Shown here one piece after another: positions 15,121 through 28,405 of a DNA stretch of 64,000 nt. Each line of letters starts with the position of its first letter. The stretch's first letter is position 1. The stretch comes from Epiperipatus broadwayi (taxonomy: Eukaryota; Animalia; Onychophora): contig JAQFVV010000003.1 in assembly GCA_028023455.1 (NCBI GenBank), forward strand, positions 24,676,001-24,740,000, given 5' to 3'. Below the pieces are notes generated by a model. It was not told the DNA's origin. It did no database searches and saw only the letters and a program-made list of their open reading frames with translations. A program made the translations under genes and the position numbers.

Positions 15121-15229
15121 CAGTATGAGATACTACTAAATGTCAAAAAAATGTGACATAAAACATATACTATGCAACTAAATTTAAACTAATTTGATTT
15201 TTACAAAATACAGATTCATTTAGAAAAGT

Positions 15230-15530
15230 ACCAAGATGACCAGCATATGAATATTTCTAGCAGTATCACATATCAATTGTAGTTGTTGAGGATTAATGGT
15301 GTTACATTCAGAATGAAAAACATTTCAGTTTGATGGGCAAAATGCTGCAATCTAAAATGATAACCAGGAATGCTGACTAAGAATATCAAATATCTAAATC
15401 AACAGTAAGCTGCATGGTACACAAGCCTCATCATCTACAAAAAATCCACTGATTTAACTAAATTAAGTTTGATGATAAATCACAGGGTAATGATGTTCTT
15501 GTTAAAAAACTATCCTGGGTTGAAGGCTAA
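15230..15530 (+). mobile_element. Possible mariner transposase remnant
   Basis: Fragments VVED and QISKSTVSCMVHK resemble the mariner second HTH region. Confidence 0.25.
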
Positions 15531-16880
15531 ATTTGAGTAAACTTTTCCTAGAGAGTTATTGAATTAATGATTTGATTTTATCTTAAAGCATATATTTGTC
15601 AAACAACTTTTATTAAATTTATTTGTCAAAAAACAAACAAACTACTAATTATCTCATAATTTAGTATATCAAGTGGAAAAAAATATTTAAAAACCATCAC
15701 AACTGTTATCATAATTCACTTAATTCTTCTCTGTGTTTTATTTATAAATAAATGATTTATCTATTCTAGCTTGTGTAAAAAGTAAACATTTTTTGAATTA
15801 TGCTGTAGCTAATTTTTGGGAAATGAAATATTCTGGGTTTTTTTTTTTTTTGTTTTGTGAAACCAGTGGTGATCAGCATGTTTCAGTATCAGTATTATTT
15901 TTTTTATTACGAGTGTTGGATTAGCACTTATGATGTCATAATGATGAATTATATATTCTGCCCTGAGTTTGGCAGTGACTAGATAAGTAGCCTATTCATA
16001 ATGTATCTTTTTTAATCCAGTTAGGTTGACTTGATTTTATGACTTGAATTTTTTTGACTGCTGATTAATGAGTTTATTATTCTTGTATAATGCTGTTGAT
16101 GATTATTATAATTTGTTTATATTATGTTGACTCCTTTGTATCTGCTTCTTTTATATTTATTCAATACTCATTGATTAATTATTTTATGGAGAGGATGATG
16201 GTTTTCCCATTCCATACCATTACAAGTGGTGCCCAATGTAGTTAATTAAGTCACAAGTCATATGTATTTATTTGTGTATGTATACATATATTGCCTAAGA
16301 ATCTGATGAGTGATAAATGCAGTCAAAAAGTTTAATTGTAAAATAAAAACTGCAAAATACACAAATTGTAGAGTTCATAATTAATTAAATTCATTATTAT
16401 AATAATAATAAAGATATATATTTTTTATGTTGATTGTGAACATTAAAATTCTTATACTGAAACTGCAATAAAATTGAACTTAATATCCTATAAATAATTT
16501 TGGAAATTCTGATTCTGAATAATTTTTATTTACATTTTTATTATTAATTGTTTATGCAATAAATGAAGTTTTTATTCACACCAACTCCATTTAGTGAAAA
16601 TTGTTATTATAAAGTGTTAATTATAGTGGATTTGAAAGTCAATACATCTATAAAAGATATTATGCATGGAAAAAGAGAAATGAAGTTGAATTAGTCCATG
16701 TGTTGTGTGTATTTAATTGAAAACAGATACATTAATAATTGAGGTTTAGAGTTTATATCTGGGCTAGGAATAATTTCTAGTTTAATAAATAATTTCTGAT
16801 AATCATTAATGTATTTATAATAATCAAAAAAGCAAGTCATATATAACGTGACATTACTTTTATAAGCATGTATTTACAAA

Positions 16881-17322
16881 AATGTAAAACAGAGAGCGTA
16901 CCAATAGCTCAAACAAGCTCTTAATTGATAAGTGCAGTATGAGAAAATATTTAAAATCTCTATCCAGAACCTTCCCAACTCCAGACCAACTGCTTTCAAG
17001 CTTATGGCTCACGTCAGTGGAGAGCTAGAATATTCGGACACTAGATCTAAAATATCAACTCAAAACCCAGCACTTATTTTTATATGTAATATTTAAGTAG
17101 AAACTCTGAAATTTTCGGACATGAAAATGTCTTTAAATTCAGATATCTAACTTAAATAGCTATATGGGACTGGACTAAATTCAGATCTACCATATTTTAA
17201 TAGCTTCAGCATAGCCATAAGTTTGAAACCAGTTGATCTGGAGATGGAAAGATTCTGAATAGAGATTTTAAATAATTTTCTCGAGCTTGTTTGAGCTATT
17301 GGTACACTCTCTGTATTACATT
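16881..17322. mobile_element. About 440-bp inverted-repeat element with about 140-bp arms carrying a hammerhead-like motif
   Basis: Terminal 40-bp near-perfect inverted repeat. On -, the left arm reads CTCCA-CTGACGT-GAGC(CATAA)GCTT-GAAA-GC(AGTT)GG-TC-TGGAG (16979-17022). The termini also resemble Tc1/mariner (CAG...CTG/TA). Confidence 0.75.
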
Positions 17323-17935
17323 AATGTATTTATCTAGAATGGATCATGCCAAAATTGTAGGGAGGTATGTTTGGCACTTGTAAATATCAAAAATGTAATA
17401 CTTTATTAGTGATAAACTCTGAACAAATGCATCTTGCAGGTTATTTGATTTTTAAGATGTCTTTATATAAATATTTCAAGAATGTGAGGGCGGGGGAGTA
17501 ATGATCATTAAGAACATCTATCTATATATATTTATCTAATAAAAATGAAGTGCCTAGTCTTAATTATTTTAGAAAAATAACATTATGTCTGAAGGAAGGG
17601 TCTTATTTCATAAGAATAATGATAATATTAAATTGCTTAAATATAAATGCAGTTTTGATTGTTATACATTGACATATAATATACATTTCTGAATAATGAT
17701 ATTATACATATATTGATTTATAAATATAAGTGCAATGCTATTAAAATTATACAATCTTAATTCATTAATAAAAAATTATCTATTTTCATCTTTTTAATTG
17801 GTAATATCATATAAAAAAAATCATTGCCTCATCAGTGTATAATAGAAGAAAAAAATAATTAAGGATATATAATTCTTGGTAATGACCACAATTATAAAGT
17901 GAAATTTGTAAAAAAAATGTATGATTGATATAAAG

Positions 17936-20900
17936 CAGGCATGGGCAACCTTTCCTAGTTCAGGGGCCAAATTATCTTTCTGTCTTCGAGTGAAGGGCCG
18001 GACCAAATAATTAAATAGTACAATATAATAGTGAATGATAAAGGGCTACATAAATTTCATAATAATGACATAACAATTTAATGTGAGGATTAGTCTTGTA
18101 CTTCAACAATGAGCCTATCAATGTGTTGTGCTTAAGAACAATCACATAAAATTTTCAAGGTTTTTGTCCGTTATTGTTCTCCAAATTTTTGATTTAGTAA
18201 ATTTCATTCTAGAAAAAAACTGTTCACACATATATGTGCTGCCAAAAAGACAAAATTCTTTTTGAAAAGGCACTACATTTCTATATTTTTCTTCTACCAA
18301 ATGTTTATAAAAAATATATAAATTCAACATTCCTTTTCTTTTTAAAACTTGTTTTTATTCCAACTATAATTTTAAAAAGAAAAGGAATGTTGAATTTATA
18401 TATTTATTATCATGGAGCTATAATTTAAAAAGAAAAAGAAGTGAAAAGATGTGTATATAATTATGTTTATAAAAACCCATCAAAGCAATGTTGTTAAACT
18501 GTAATTTTAGCACTAAATCTGCTTGAACCTCAATAATTTCCATCTGTAAATTTTCTGCCACATTATTTATATCAGTATCCATTGGATGAGAAAATATAGT
18601 GAATATGGAGTCTGTATTTTGGAACTGAGTGAACCTTGTATCAAATTGCTCTATTAATGCCTTCAGTTCATTTCCATAACAATTATAAGAGATATTTTTA
18701 TGAGTTGCTAGAGTAGGAAAATGGTAACAATTTTTAGCTCTTTATCTGACTTTCCAACAGTTTTAGTTTATTACAAAAAGCACTGACATGTCCATACAGT
18801 TCATGAATCAATTGTCTTGGTTTTTGCAATTTAAGATTTTCATTTAGGTATCCAGTGACATCTACAAGGAATGCTAAATCAAACACCCCACTCATCATCT
18901 CTTACTTGGTTGTTTTTCCTTTTATGTCCATAAAATCCTGTCTTGTCTCAGATCATAAATCATTTTAACCGTTTACCTTTACTCAGCCACCTCACTTCAC
19001 AATAAGACACATTTTCATAATCTGAAAATAAGTCTGCCAAATATTCCTTAAATTGCAGTGATTAAGTACATGTGACTTAATAAAGTTAATACTGGCTACT
19101 ACAACTTCCATAATATTTCTAAATTTAATTGATTTTGCACACATATTTTATTAGTGGATAATGCAATGAAAATTTGTTAAATTTTTCATATGGATCTGTA
19201 ATTCTATTACTTTTTCATGAACTATTCCAATAAATCCCTTCCATGCACCAATCATTGCAGGGGCTCCATCAGTGCATATGCCAGATAGTGAACTCCATCT
19301 AAGCCCAAATATCTTGAAGACTGTTTTGACTTCTTCAAATATATCTTCACCAGTAATTGTGTTTTAGGGCCAAAGTAAAATTCTTCTGTGATATTAAATC
19401 CACATCAACTCCCTGAATAAATATTGCTAGTTTTACTATATCAGAGGCATCAGTGCTGTCATCCAAAGCAATTGAAAATGCTTTGAATCTAGCAATCTTT
19501 TCTTTTAAACTTTTTTTGGATATCATTATCCATGATTTCTATCCACCGGACAACAGTACATCTCGACAAACTAATAATCTCAAAATCTTTTTTTCTTTTC
19601 AGGACATATTATACTTACGACATTCAACAGACATTCTTTGATAAATTCTCATTCACTAAATGATTTAGAATGCTTAGCAAATTTTTCATTTAACACAAAG
19701 CTGGCTTTCACAATGCTTCCATGCTGCATTTATTACTTGGTGAATATTTTCTGCTGGGTATCCAAGTTCTTCAATTTCTCTATTCCATCTTATTGTAGTT
19801 GTCCATCAATTTTTTGGTGATCCGCATGTTTTGAAGTAAAGTGTCTCTTTAAGTTGAATTCTTTATTGACTGATATGGATACATTGCACAGAAAACATAT
19901 AGGCAAACCTTTATTCAGAATAAAATAATACTTGTCTGTCCAGCTGTCTTGAAATTGATAATTCTCTGTATCTACTTTTATTTATTTTTGTTAATCCCTG
20001 ACCTTGTTCTAAATTTCAAAGCTATATATTCAGAACTGTCAAACAAAGCTGTCTAACACTGCAGATATTGAACAGAAAACAATATAAGTGCAGGTACTTA
20101 ACAAGGCACAAACCCAATGTAAATATTAAAAAAAAACTGATTTTTACACTCCAGATAGAACACAATATAAATGCACGCATTGAACAAGGTACAACCCCAA
20201 TGCAACTATCAAAATGTCGCATTGTAACATGTTCACACACTGCTAGTCAAAATGAGAAAGAGATCTTGATGAGAGAAAACAAGATGTGTTTTGCAGTGTC
20301 ATATGATGTCAGCTTAACTATTCAAAATATTAATTCTGAGAGGAGCTAAATAAGACAAAAAAAATTGATTTTCAGTAATTATTAATGATTATGACATAAT
20401 ATTTTTGTAAAACATTTATTATTAAACCACAAAGTACATCACTAATAGGGAATTGTCTTTGAAATATTTTCTTTTAAAAAAGATTGCTCATAGGAAATAT
20501 ATGAAAAAGCAGAAATCGCCATTGCTGGTTTTACAAACATTGTTTTTGCAAAAACAATAGGGAATATTTTTTTAATAACAGTAAATAATGTTTTAACTTT
20601 TATAATTTTTTTTGTTTCTTTGATGATAATTAATTGCGAATGTATCCTTTTTTTAATGTTATAAATTTTTAATATTTCATTTTGTGCCACAACATTTTAA
20701 CTTGGTGCGTAAATTTTCAAATTACGCAAATATGGCAATCACCAAATATATTATTTCAGTAAACAGGGACACTCAAATATGACATTTAATACATTTTATT
20801 ATATTCACTTTTAATTAAAAAAAAAACAACATAAATAATTTGTACTGTATTTTTAAAAAAATTGATAATGTTTGCATAGCATTCCCAACTCACTCGAATC

Positions 20901-22085
20901 TTTATATATATATAAAGAACAAAAACAAGCTTAAATTAAATGCAAACATTATCACTTTTTTTAAAAATACAGTACAAATTATTTAACTAATATTCTTTTC
21001 ATTGATCTTTCAAGATCGAGCAGGAAAAATATAATCTGATTCACACACGAATTACAATAAAATGCATATAAAAAACATATTTAAAGCATATATGAGTTTA
21101 AACCCCTCTCACTTTGTTTTAACTAATTTAACATAATATAATAAAATTCCCAGCAATAATCCCACACTCTATTGTTGGAACATTTAAGACACTAATAGTA
21201 TATATCTATTTCTATTATGCAAAATGGAATCAAAGTTTGACCAGTCACTAACTTCAGCAAAATTCCAATTAATCTCAAATAAAAAACAATTCCGTAACTT
21301 ATAGTTTTTTTTTTTTGCAATGTTACTTATAATCCTGAGGAAACATTCCAAATTGATGAGCATAATAGATAGCACAAAAATACCTCCACTATCAAAGTTT
21401 CAACAATAGAGCTTTGCAGAAAAAATCTATACTGTACTTTCTTTCTCCTTCTATCTTTAAGAATTTCTAAGAATTAGAAATAAAACAAAAGACGAACTTT
21501 TATAAAAAAAAAAAAACCTGCAAGATCTTATGTTTTGTTTTTCCCTCTTTTTTTTTGTTAATGTCGATTTAATTGATTTCAAAACTTTTAAAATTCCCTT
21601 TAAAAAAAAGAAGTTTTGTTATTTATTTTAGTATAAAAAATATAAGTTTTATTATAAAATAATACATATGCGATTTTAATAATAATAATAATATATATAT
21701 ATGTGTATGAATATAAGCTGGTAGAAAAATACCAGCTCAATTCTAACCTTTTCAATACGCTCCATGCAGCTAATTAAGACATGCTTTTTTGTTATTGCTA
21801 AGAATTTCATTTTCACATTTATTTTTACTATTTTAAAATATTAATAATTTTAGTTTTTAAATTTTAATCATTAAAAGATTTAAATAAAGATATAAAATAT
21901 AAATTTATTAAACATCATAATTATTTAATTGCAGAAAAAGTAAAAATCAAACGTAACTCTTGCTAGGCTCTATTCAAAAATTTGACAATCGGAATCAAAC
22001 ATGGCTGAAATAGATTAGTGGGGGGCCGGATTAAAAGTCGTAAAGGGCCGGATCTGGCCCGAGGGCCGGAGGTTGGCCATATGTG
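17936..22085 (-). mobile_element. hAT DNA transposon, Charlie/SPIN/GTF2IRD2-like, full length (4150 bp), transposase pseudogenised
   Basis: TIRs CAGGCATGGGCAACC and GGTTGGCCATATGTG. Exact 8-bp TSD ATATAAAG (17928-17935, 22086-22093). GGGCCGG subterminal repeats. Broken transposase on - at about 18100-20020, with N-terminal FNLKRHFTSKH and C-terminal dimerisation motif FGSTYMCEQFFSRMK. Confidence 0.92.
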
Positions 22086-23427
22086 ATATAAAGTAAACAG
22101 AAGGCTTTGGATTAAGTTACAAAAAAGTTTTGTTTCCAAAAAAAAAAAAAAATCTTATTTTGTCTCTCGTTACTACTGGTTTTTTAAACAGTCATCTGTT
22201 GCTTTGTTTTCTAAATGTAACAATTGAAACAAAACTTACTATAGAAGTTAAAAGCACACTTAGAGATCAAATTATTTGTAGTAGTATAAATAATGTCTTT
22301 CTATTAGATTTTCAAATATCTAATAATGAAAAAGTTGTCAAATTATTCAATATTCAAAAATTTTCACTTTTATAAACTAATAATTGCTTTAATTTTTTAT
22401 CAGCATTTGCACATTCAAGTAAAATTAAATGATATTTTTTTTATACTTTAAACTGAAAGCATTTTTTATTTTTTAGAAGTTTATGTCATATGGATAAATA
22501 TTCTTTACCATTGCTTTTTCTTTTTTGAATCTTTATATTTTTAAATATAATCTTTGCCTTTAGATATCACGAATGATACTTTTATGTAAGCCTTAATTGT
22601 GGCTTACAATACTATATTTTTTTTATTATGCATGGATATGTGAAATAATTCATAATGTTGTCATTTTTGGAGATTCAGGAATTTAAATCCTATATCTCTC
22701 ATCAATATTGGCGGTTTTCCAAGAAATGCATGTATAGTGCAAATCTTTTTTATTCTTGATAATTTACAAAAGTATGGAATTCACATCTGGAATGCTGTGA
22801 ATTAATTTAATTGGTTACATGTTTTTTTCTAATAGTAATTATTTAACATTCATTAAATAACTCAATACTGGAGAAAGCCTTTTCAACAGCTTTCTAAAAA
22901 AAAAATATTGAAATTGTTATTTCTCCAAACTAACTAACTGTTGGTTGTTGAGAGATTTAAAGTTTTTATTTTCTAGTTAAAAATAGTTATTCACCATTTA
23001 GTAATCAATAATTTGCTGGGTTGGCCATAAGAAAAATTGAATCCAGATTATGAGCATCCAAATGGATGCAGTAGTGACTGAAATGAAATCTATATATAAT
23101 TAAATACTAATCCATAACATATATAATAATAATACTGTAAATTATAAATAAAATATAACACTGTCATTTGACAGGACATGATGATTATATTTTAAAATCA
23201 CCATTTTTTTTAGTGAATTTGAACATTATGAAATTTTATTTTGTGGATTTCCACTGTGTGATGCTGCAGAAGCTTTTTATCTTGTTCTACAATTACTCCA
23301 CCATAATCATAGGAAAATGTGATATATAGGGACATTCTATATATGTCTTCCTTTAATTTATTCTATTTGTACATATTTTATATATATTAAATATTGTATT
23401 TTTTAACATTACAATTTTTTTTTTCAG

Positions 23428-23538
23428 GCTCGCCAAATAAATATTCATAATCTTGTTCCCTTTTATGAAAGCGAAATATTTAAAACCAACAAGTTTACAC
23501 ATGACAGCAGGAAGAAAGTGATCATACAAGTTTTTTAA
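23428..23538 (+). CDS. MCM2: MCM2 terminal coding exon
   Basis: T-tract plus CAG acceptor (23425-23427). Reads [36 protein letters not shown], with TAA at 23536-23538. Matches the MCM2 C-terminus ([23 protein letters not shown]). Confidence 0.95.
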   Translation, partial: ARQINIHNLVPFYESEIFKTNKFTHDSRKKVIIQVF

Positions 23539-23658
23539 AAACAAAAATTATTTTTTTTAATTTGCATTTTCTTCTGAAGAAAAACATTTAAAATTTCATT
23601 TGTACATATTTTTAATTTATCAAACTTAATCATAAGTAGCTGAAACTTTTATATGTAA

Positions 23659-23664
23659 AATAAA
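23659..23664 (+). terminator. Candidate MCM2 polyadenylation signal
   Basis: First AATAAA, about 120 nt after the stop. Weak evidence in AT-rich DNA. Confidence 0.3.
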
Positions 23665-23820
23665 TTTTTTTTAAAAATCATTTTACTATTTGATGATAAT
23701 TTTATAAATATGTATCTATTATTATCCTTTTAATGTTTGCAGTCAAAACAATTTTTTTCTATTTAAAAAAGTTTAGGAGAGCATGGCTTAAAAGTTACTT
23801 CAGAATTTGTATTATCTTTT

Positions 23821-24693
23821 TAAATAAGATATTTATTTTATGTAGCACTATGTTTTATAAACTGTAATATTAAAAATTAGCCATTAAGCTAATGCACATG
23901 CACTTTGTGCATTTTAAACTATAAATGCTCTCACTTTATAAACACAAGATAAAGTCTTTGTGAAAAGATAGAAAGGAATCCATCTATCTTTTCAACCCAA
24001 ACGTTTATGTATGGGCAAATCTTAAGTGTTTGGAAATGAGAGCGTGAAGATGTTAAGCGATCACTTTAAATGACTTTTACTATGCCTGAATGAATGACGC
24101 TTGGGAAATTTTCTAGAATTTACGATATATCATTCTTATTTGAAATTAAACATACGTAAATAAGATATTTTATATAGCGCTGTGTTTTATAAACTAATAT
24201 TAATAATTAGCCATTAAGCTAATGCACATGCGCTTTGTGGATTTTAAACTATAAATGAATAGATGGATTCATTCTCTTTTTTCACAAAGACTTTAATTTT
24301 GTGTTTGGAAAGTGAGAGTATTCATTTATAGTTTAAAATCCACAAAGCACATGTGCATTAGCTTAATGGCTAATTATTAATATTACAGTTTATAAAACAT
24401 AGCGCTATATAAAATAAATATCTTATTTACATATGTTTAATTTCAAATAATAATGACGAATCGTAAATTCTAGAAAATTTCGCAAGGGACATTCATTCAG
24501 GGATAGTAAAAGTAATTTAAAGTGATCGCTTAACATCTTCATGCTCTCATTTCGAAACGCTTAAGATTTGCCCATACATAAACATTTGGGTCGAAAAGAT
24601 AGATGGATTCATTCTATCTTCTTGTGTTTGGAAAGTGAGAGTATTCATTTATAGTTTAAAATCCACAAAGCGCATGTGCATTAGCTTAATGGC
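23821..24693. repeat. Foldback array: about 336-bp unit tandemly repeated (about 1.3 copies), then mirrored
   Basis: Four copies of GCCATTAAGCTAATGCACATG, two per orientation (23880, about 24210, about 24370, about 24690). Palindrome centre near 24285. Confidence 0.85.
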
Positions 24694-24719
24694 TTATCTT
24701 TTTAAATAATTAGCATAAT

Positions 24720-25930
24720 TTTTGCTGAATTGATGAAACGGGAAATATTTGAATGTTTCTACTTCTGTAGCAGAAGGAATCTAGCAAGAAATTTGAATTA
24801 TTGTTGAAAGAAAATTTTAAAGACTGGTATTATTCTTACACACATTAACCATTTTTTATTGTTGAATGACACAGAAAGAGGAAGAAAGGAAGTTAATATT
24901 AATCTTGAAAATTGAAGGCAGGCTTTTTACAATGTATTACTCTATTATTTGTATTGTTACATTAATAAGTAGATATTTGCAGAAGATATAAATTGAATGG
25001 ATTGTTATTTCATTAGAATTTTAAAGTTTAGATTGATTATTAGGAAATTTGTATATGAATTTGAAGTTATTTATAGAATTCTTACAGAAAAGATAGTAAT
25101 AGGAAGAGGTTGAAAGTTTGGATATTGTCATTCTTCTGTTTTAATTTGCTGATGGCAAGGAAGAATGTATCAGAGTACCAAATAAATTGATGAATGACAA
25201 TAGATGCAGTAGTGAAAAATAAGCTGAAAATATAAAAATTTAAGATTGATAATTGGGAATGAAATTATAGAGCAGTTTAATAAGATGTGTGTCTTAAATG
25301 GGAGATTGTAGATTTATGTTTCATCAAAAGTAAAAAATATAACTTTCTTTTGGCCTGTGTAATGATAGCATAACAGATTTGAAAAGTGATGGTTTTTTCA
25401 ACAAAACTCTACTTGCTACTCAAATATCACATGGTCAATCATGCAATATTCCATTATTACTGTTTTTTTAATATCAGGAAAGTTGATTAATTAATAGAAA
25501 GAAAAGGGATAAACAAATTGAAATGAGAATTGCAGCGATCAAATAGACTTTTAATAATTATCAGAAATTATTCTGTGACTTTTTAAGCTATGAATATAGA
25601 TGATTAAAAAAGAAAGGATTGGAAGCTGCAAAATAATGGATTTGGAGAAAAATATTATGGATAAGTTGTAAGGAACTACATGTGTGGTATTTTATTTATT
25701 GAGGAAATAGAGAATAGAAAGAGGAGCTTTACAGAGCATATACTTAAGAGATAGAATATATAAAAACTGTGGAGAGTGAAAAGAGAAAAAAATAAATAAG
25801 GATTATAAATTATCTTCAAAAAAAACAAAAAAAAAAAGCATTATATTCAAACTTTTAAAGAAAATGCTCCAGGAAAAATGAAAGATATTCTCTTTTGGAA
25901 GATGATGAATTATAAGATATAATGGAAGAA
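24720..25930 (+). mobile_element. Highly decayed LINE RT remnant
   Basis: Purine-rich strand with fragmentary RT C-terminal motifs (MRIAA, LEAA..WIWR.ILWISC-like). Many frameshifts. Confidence 0.4.
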
Positions 25931-28405
25931 TGGTGAAGAGATAGTAAAGAAGTGAACCATGATTCATCTGAAAATCTTATTTTACTATGATAAAATTTAG
26001 ATTTATGTTTCATCTTATATAGGATTTCCATTTATTGATGTTAATTTTCTTTTTTATTTAAAAATATGCCATTTGGAATAATTCAATAGCAATATTAATT
26101 TTTTAACAGAATTAGCATGGCATGGAAAACCTCATATTAGTATATTGTATCTGCATTTAATAAACATGTTAACTTAATGATAGTAAGAGATTTTATTATT
26201 TATATTGTATTTTTAAATATTGAAGTGAATGCTAGTCACATTAGTAATAGCATACAAATTGCTGTCAGTAATGATAAAAGTTTATCACTTTGTTGTAATA
26301 CCCAATTGCCTAGAAACCACTGATTGCATATAAAATAGTTACAATATAATTTTGTGTTTTAAGCCTTTACTGAGAAATTCAATTCATTATTTAAACAAAA
26401 CCTGCTATTTATTTTACATTTTATTGTTTGTTTTTTAAATAACATTGAAGTATTTTAATACTATATGTAGTATTAGTCTAACTTTGTTTCGTTAAGTATA
26501 CATGCATTACTGTAGTCAATAAGGGGTATGTATTTATTGCTGGTTGCAATTTTTTTTATTTTACATAATATTCAACTAAAAAAACCAGATGATGTAGTGA
26601 AGAATAAATATAGGTTTATTAATAGTTATTTATTTTGGTAGTATTCAGGTCCACTAGTTTAGTTCATTTTTGTGAAATCGGAAATTTTTTTTCTTAATAT
26701 TTTATAATTCTTTCACTTTGTTTTTATATTATTATAACGATTAAATATTTTACATATATATATGTTCCCACATTATCATTATTTAAGTTTCAATATTAAC
26801 AATCTATACATAAAAAAAGCTTACATATATTATGGATAGTGTTATTTCATTAATATTATGAAAAGATCAAATTTTTCTTCTTGTATACTTTAATATATGT
26901 TGGTAGAAACAATAAACTAGGCCAAAGTTTACTATAAATAGTGATATTAGCTCTGGAAGAACTCAAATCCTATCTCTTGTTGTTGAATTTTTGTGTGATT
27001 GATGTCTTGAGCACTTTATTTTGACAGAAAAATGTATTCACTTTCAAAAAAATGTAATCTTAAAAGGTTCTAGTGTAGCCAGAATGTAAAAGAAGTTTAT
27101 ATTTACAATGATAGTTGTAGGCCAAGATTATGCTCCTAGGTATTATAATAGGATTGTGATATTAAAAAATAAGTTCTATCCCAAAAATATTGCTAGGAAA
27201 TTTAATATTTATTCTTTGGAAGCAACTACTGTTTCATGCTAAATCTCAATATCTGTTAAACACTAAAATTGCTCATGTGAATTTCAAATTGGACATTTTT
27301 TAAAAAATGGTTTGTAAATATGAGCAAGTCTGTTTGTTATTGGATTCCCTAAAAAGAAAAAGCCTGACTAGTTCTCTGACATTAAATTGTATTATTAATG
27401 ACTTAATTACTTGTAGAGTAAAATAAAGAAATCTAAAAAAATAAACATTAAAGATAGTTACATAAACAAAATATTGTAATTTATATAATCATAAATCATA
27501 CAAAATTGGACTTAAAGCAATAAAAATTTCATAAAAAAAAGTATAGAAATATGTATATTTAAGTTGTATATTAGTCTGAGATTTTAAGAATATTGGTAAT
27601 GTTGTAAAAATGTCTGCAGGTGGCATGTCTTGGTTTTCAATTTTAATCTTATTCAATTTATTAAATAAAAGAGATTGTTGAATTAAAACAATATTTAAGA
27701 TCTCAAATACCACAGAGTGTAAAGGAAAGAGACTCACATATTCTGCTGATACAATGGATGCTTATGAATGAGTGATAGAACATTACATGAGAAAATGTTC
27801 TGAAGTTTACTTTTTTTTTTTATGACATTGGACAAAAAGCATTATTATTAGCTAACTTCATTCTGCTGTAAAGAAATATATTGACAGTTAAGTGTTCTAA
27901 AATCAATTTTGATCAAAAAATCCAGGTGTTTAGCTCTAAATATTAACATTTGAATTTATGTATTTGCTACTTCATAAATATACTAATATTTAACCTAATT
28001 TGAAAAAAAAAAAAAGGTACGAGTTATTCTCTGGACTAATTTTTTTAATATTGTTTTTAATGGATGGTAATGCATCTGTGAAATTATGAGAATACAATTT
28101 TGGATTCTGGATAGATATATTGAAGAGTTCTGGTTATTTTAATGTTCTCTGAAAGTAAAATGTAAATCATACAAAATAATGAGAGACTTGTATTTAGTAT
28201 ATTTTTTTAAAAATATTTTTTATACTAATTACTATAGCTTTCTAGCCCCACACCAACTTTATAATTAGTGAAATTGATTGAAAAGTAGACTTGAAAATTT
28301 ATGTCGGTGGAGGCCAGAATTACATAGACTGATAAATGCTAGGAAACTTAATTTATGAGGAGATATTTTGAAAGATATAATGTAGCCTGAGAAAATGCTC
28401 TATAG

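Noticed and set aside
24080-24130. CTGAATGA...GAAA motif in the foldback unit
   Set aside because: Core spacing is wrong, and stem I and stem II do not pair.
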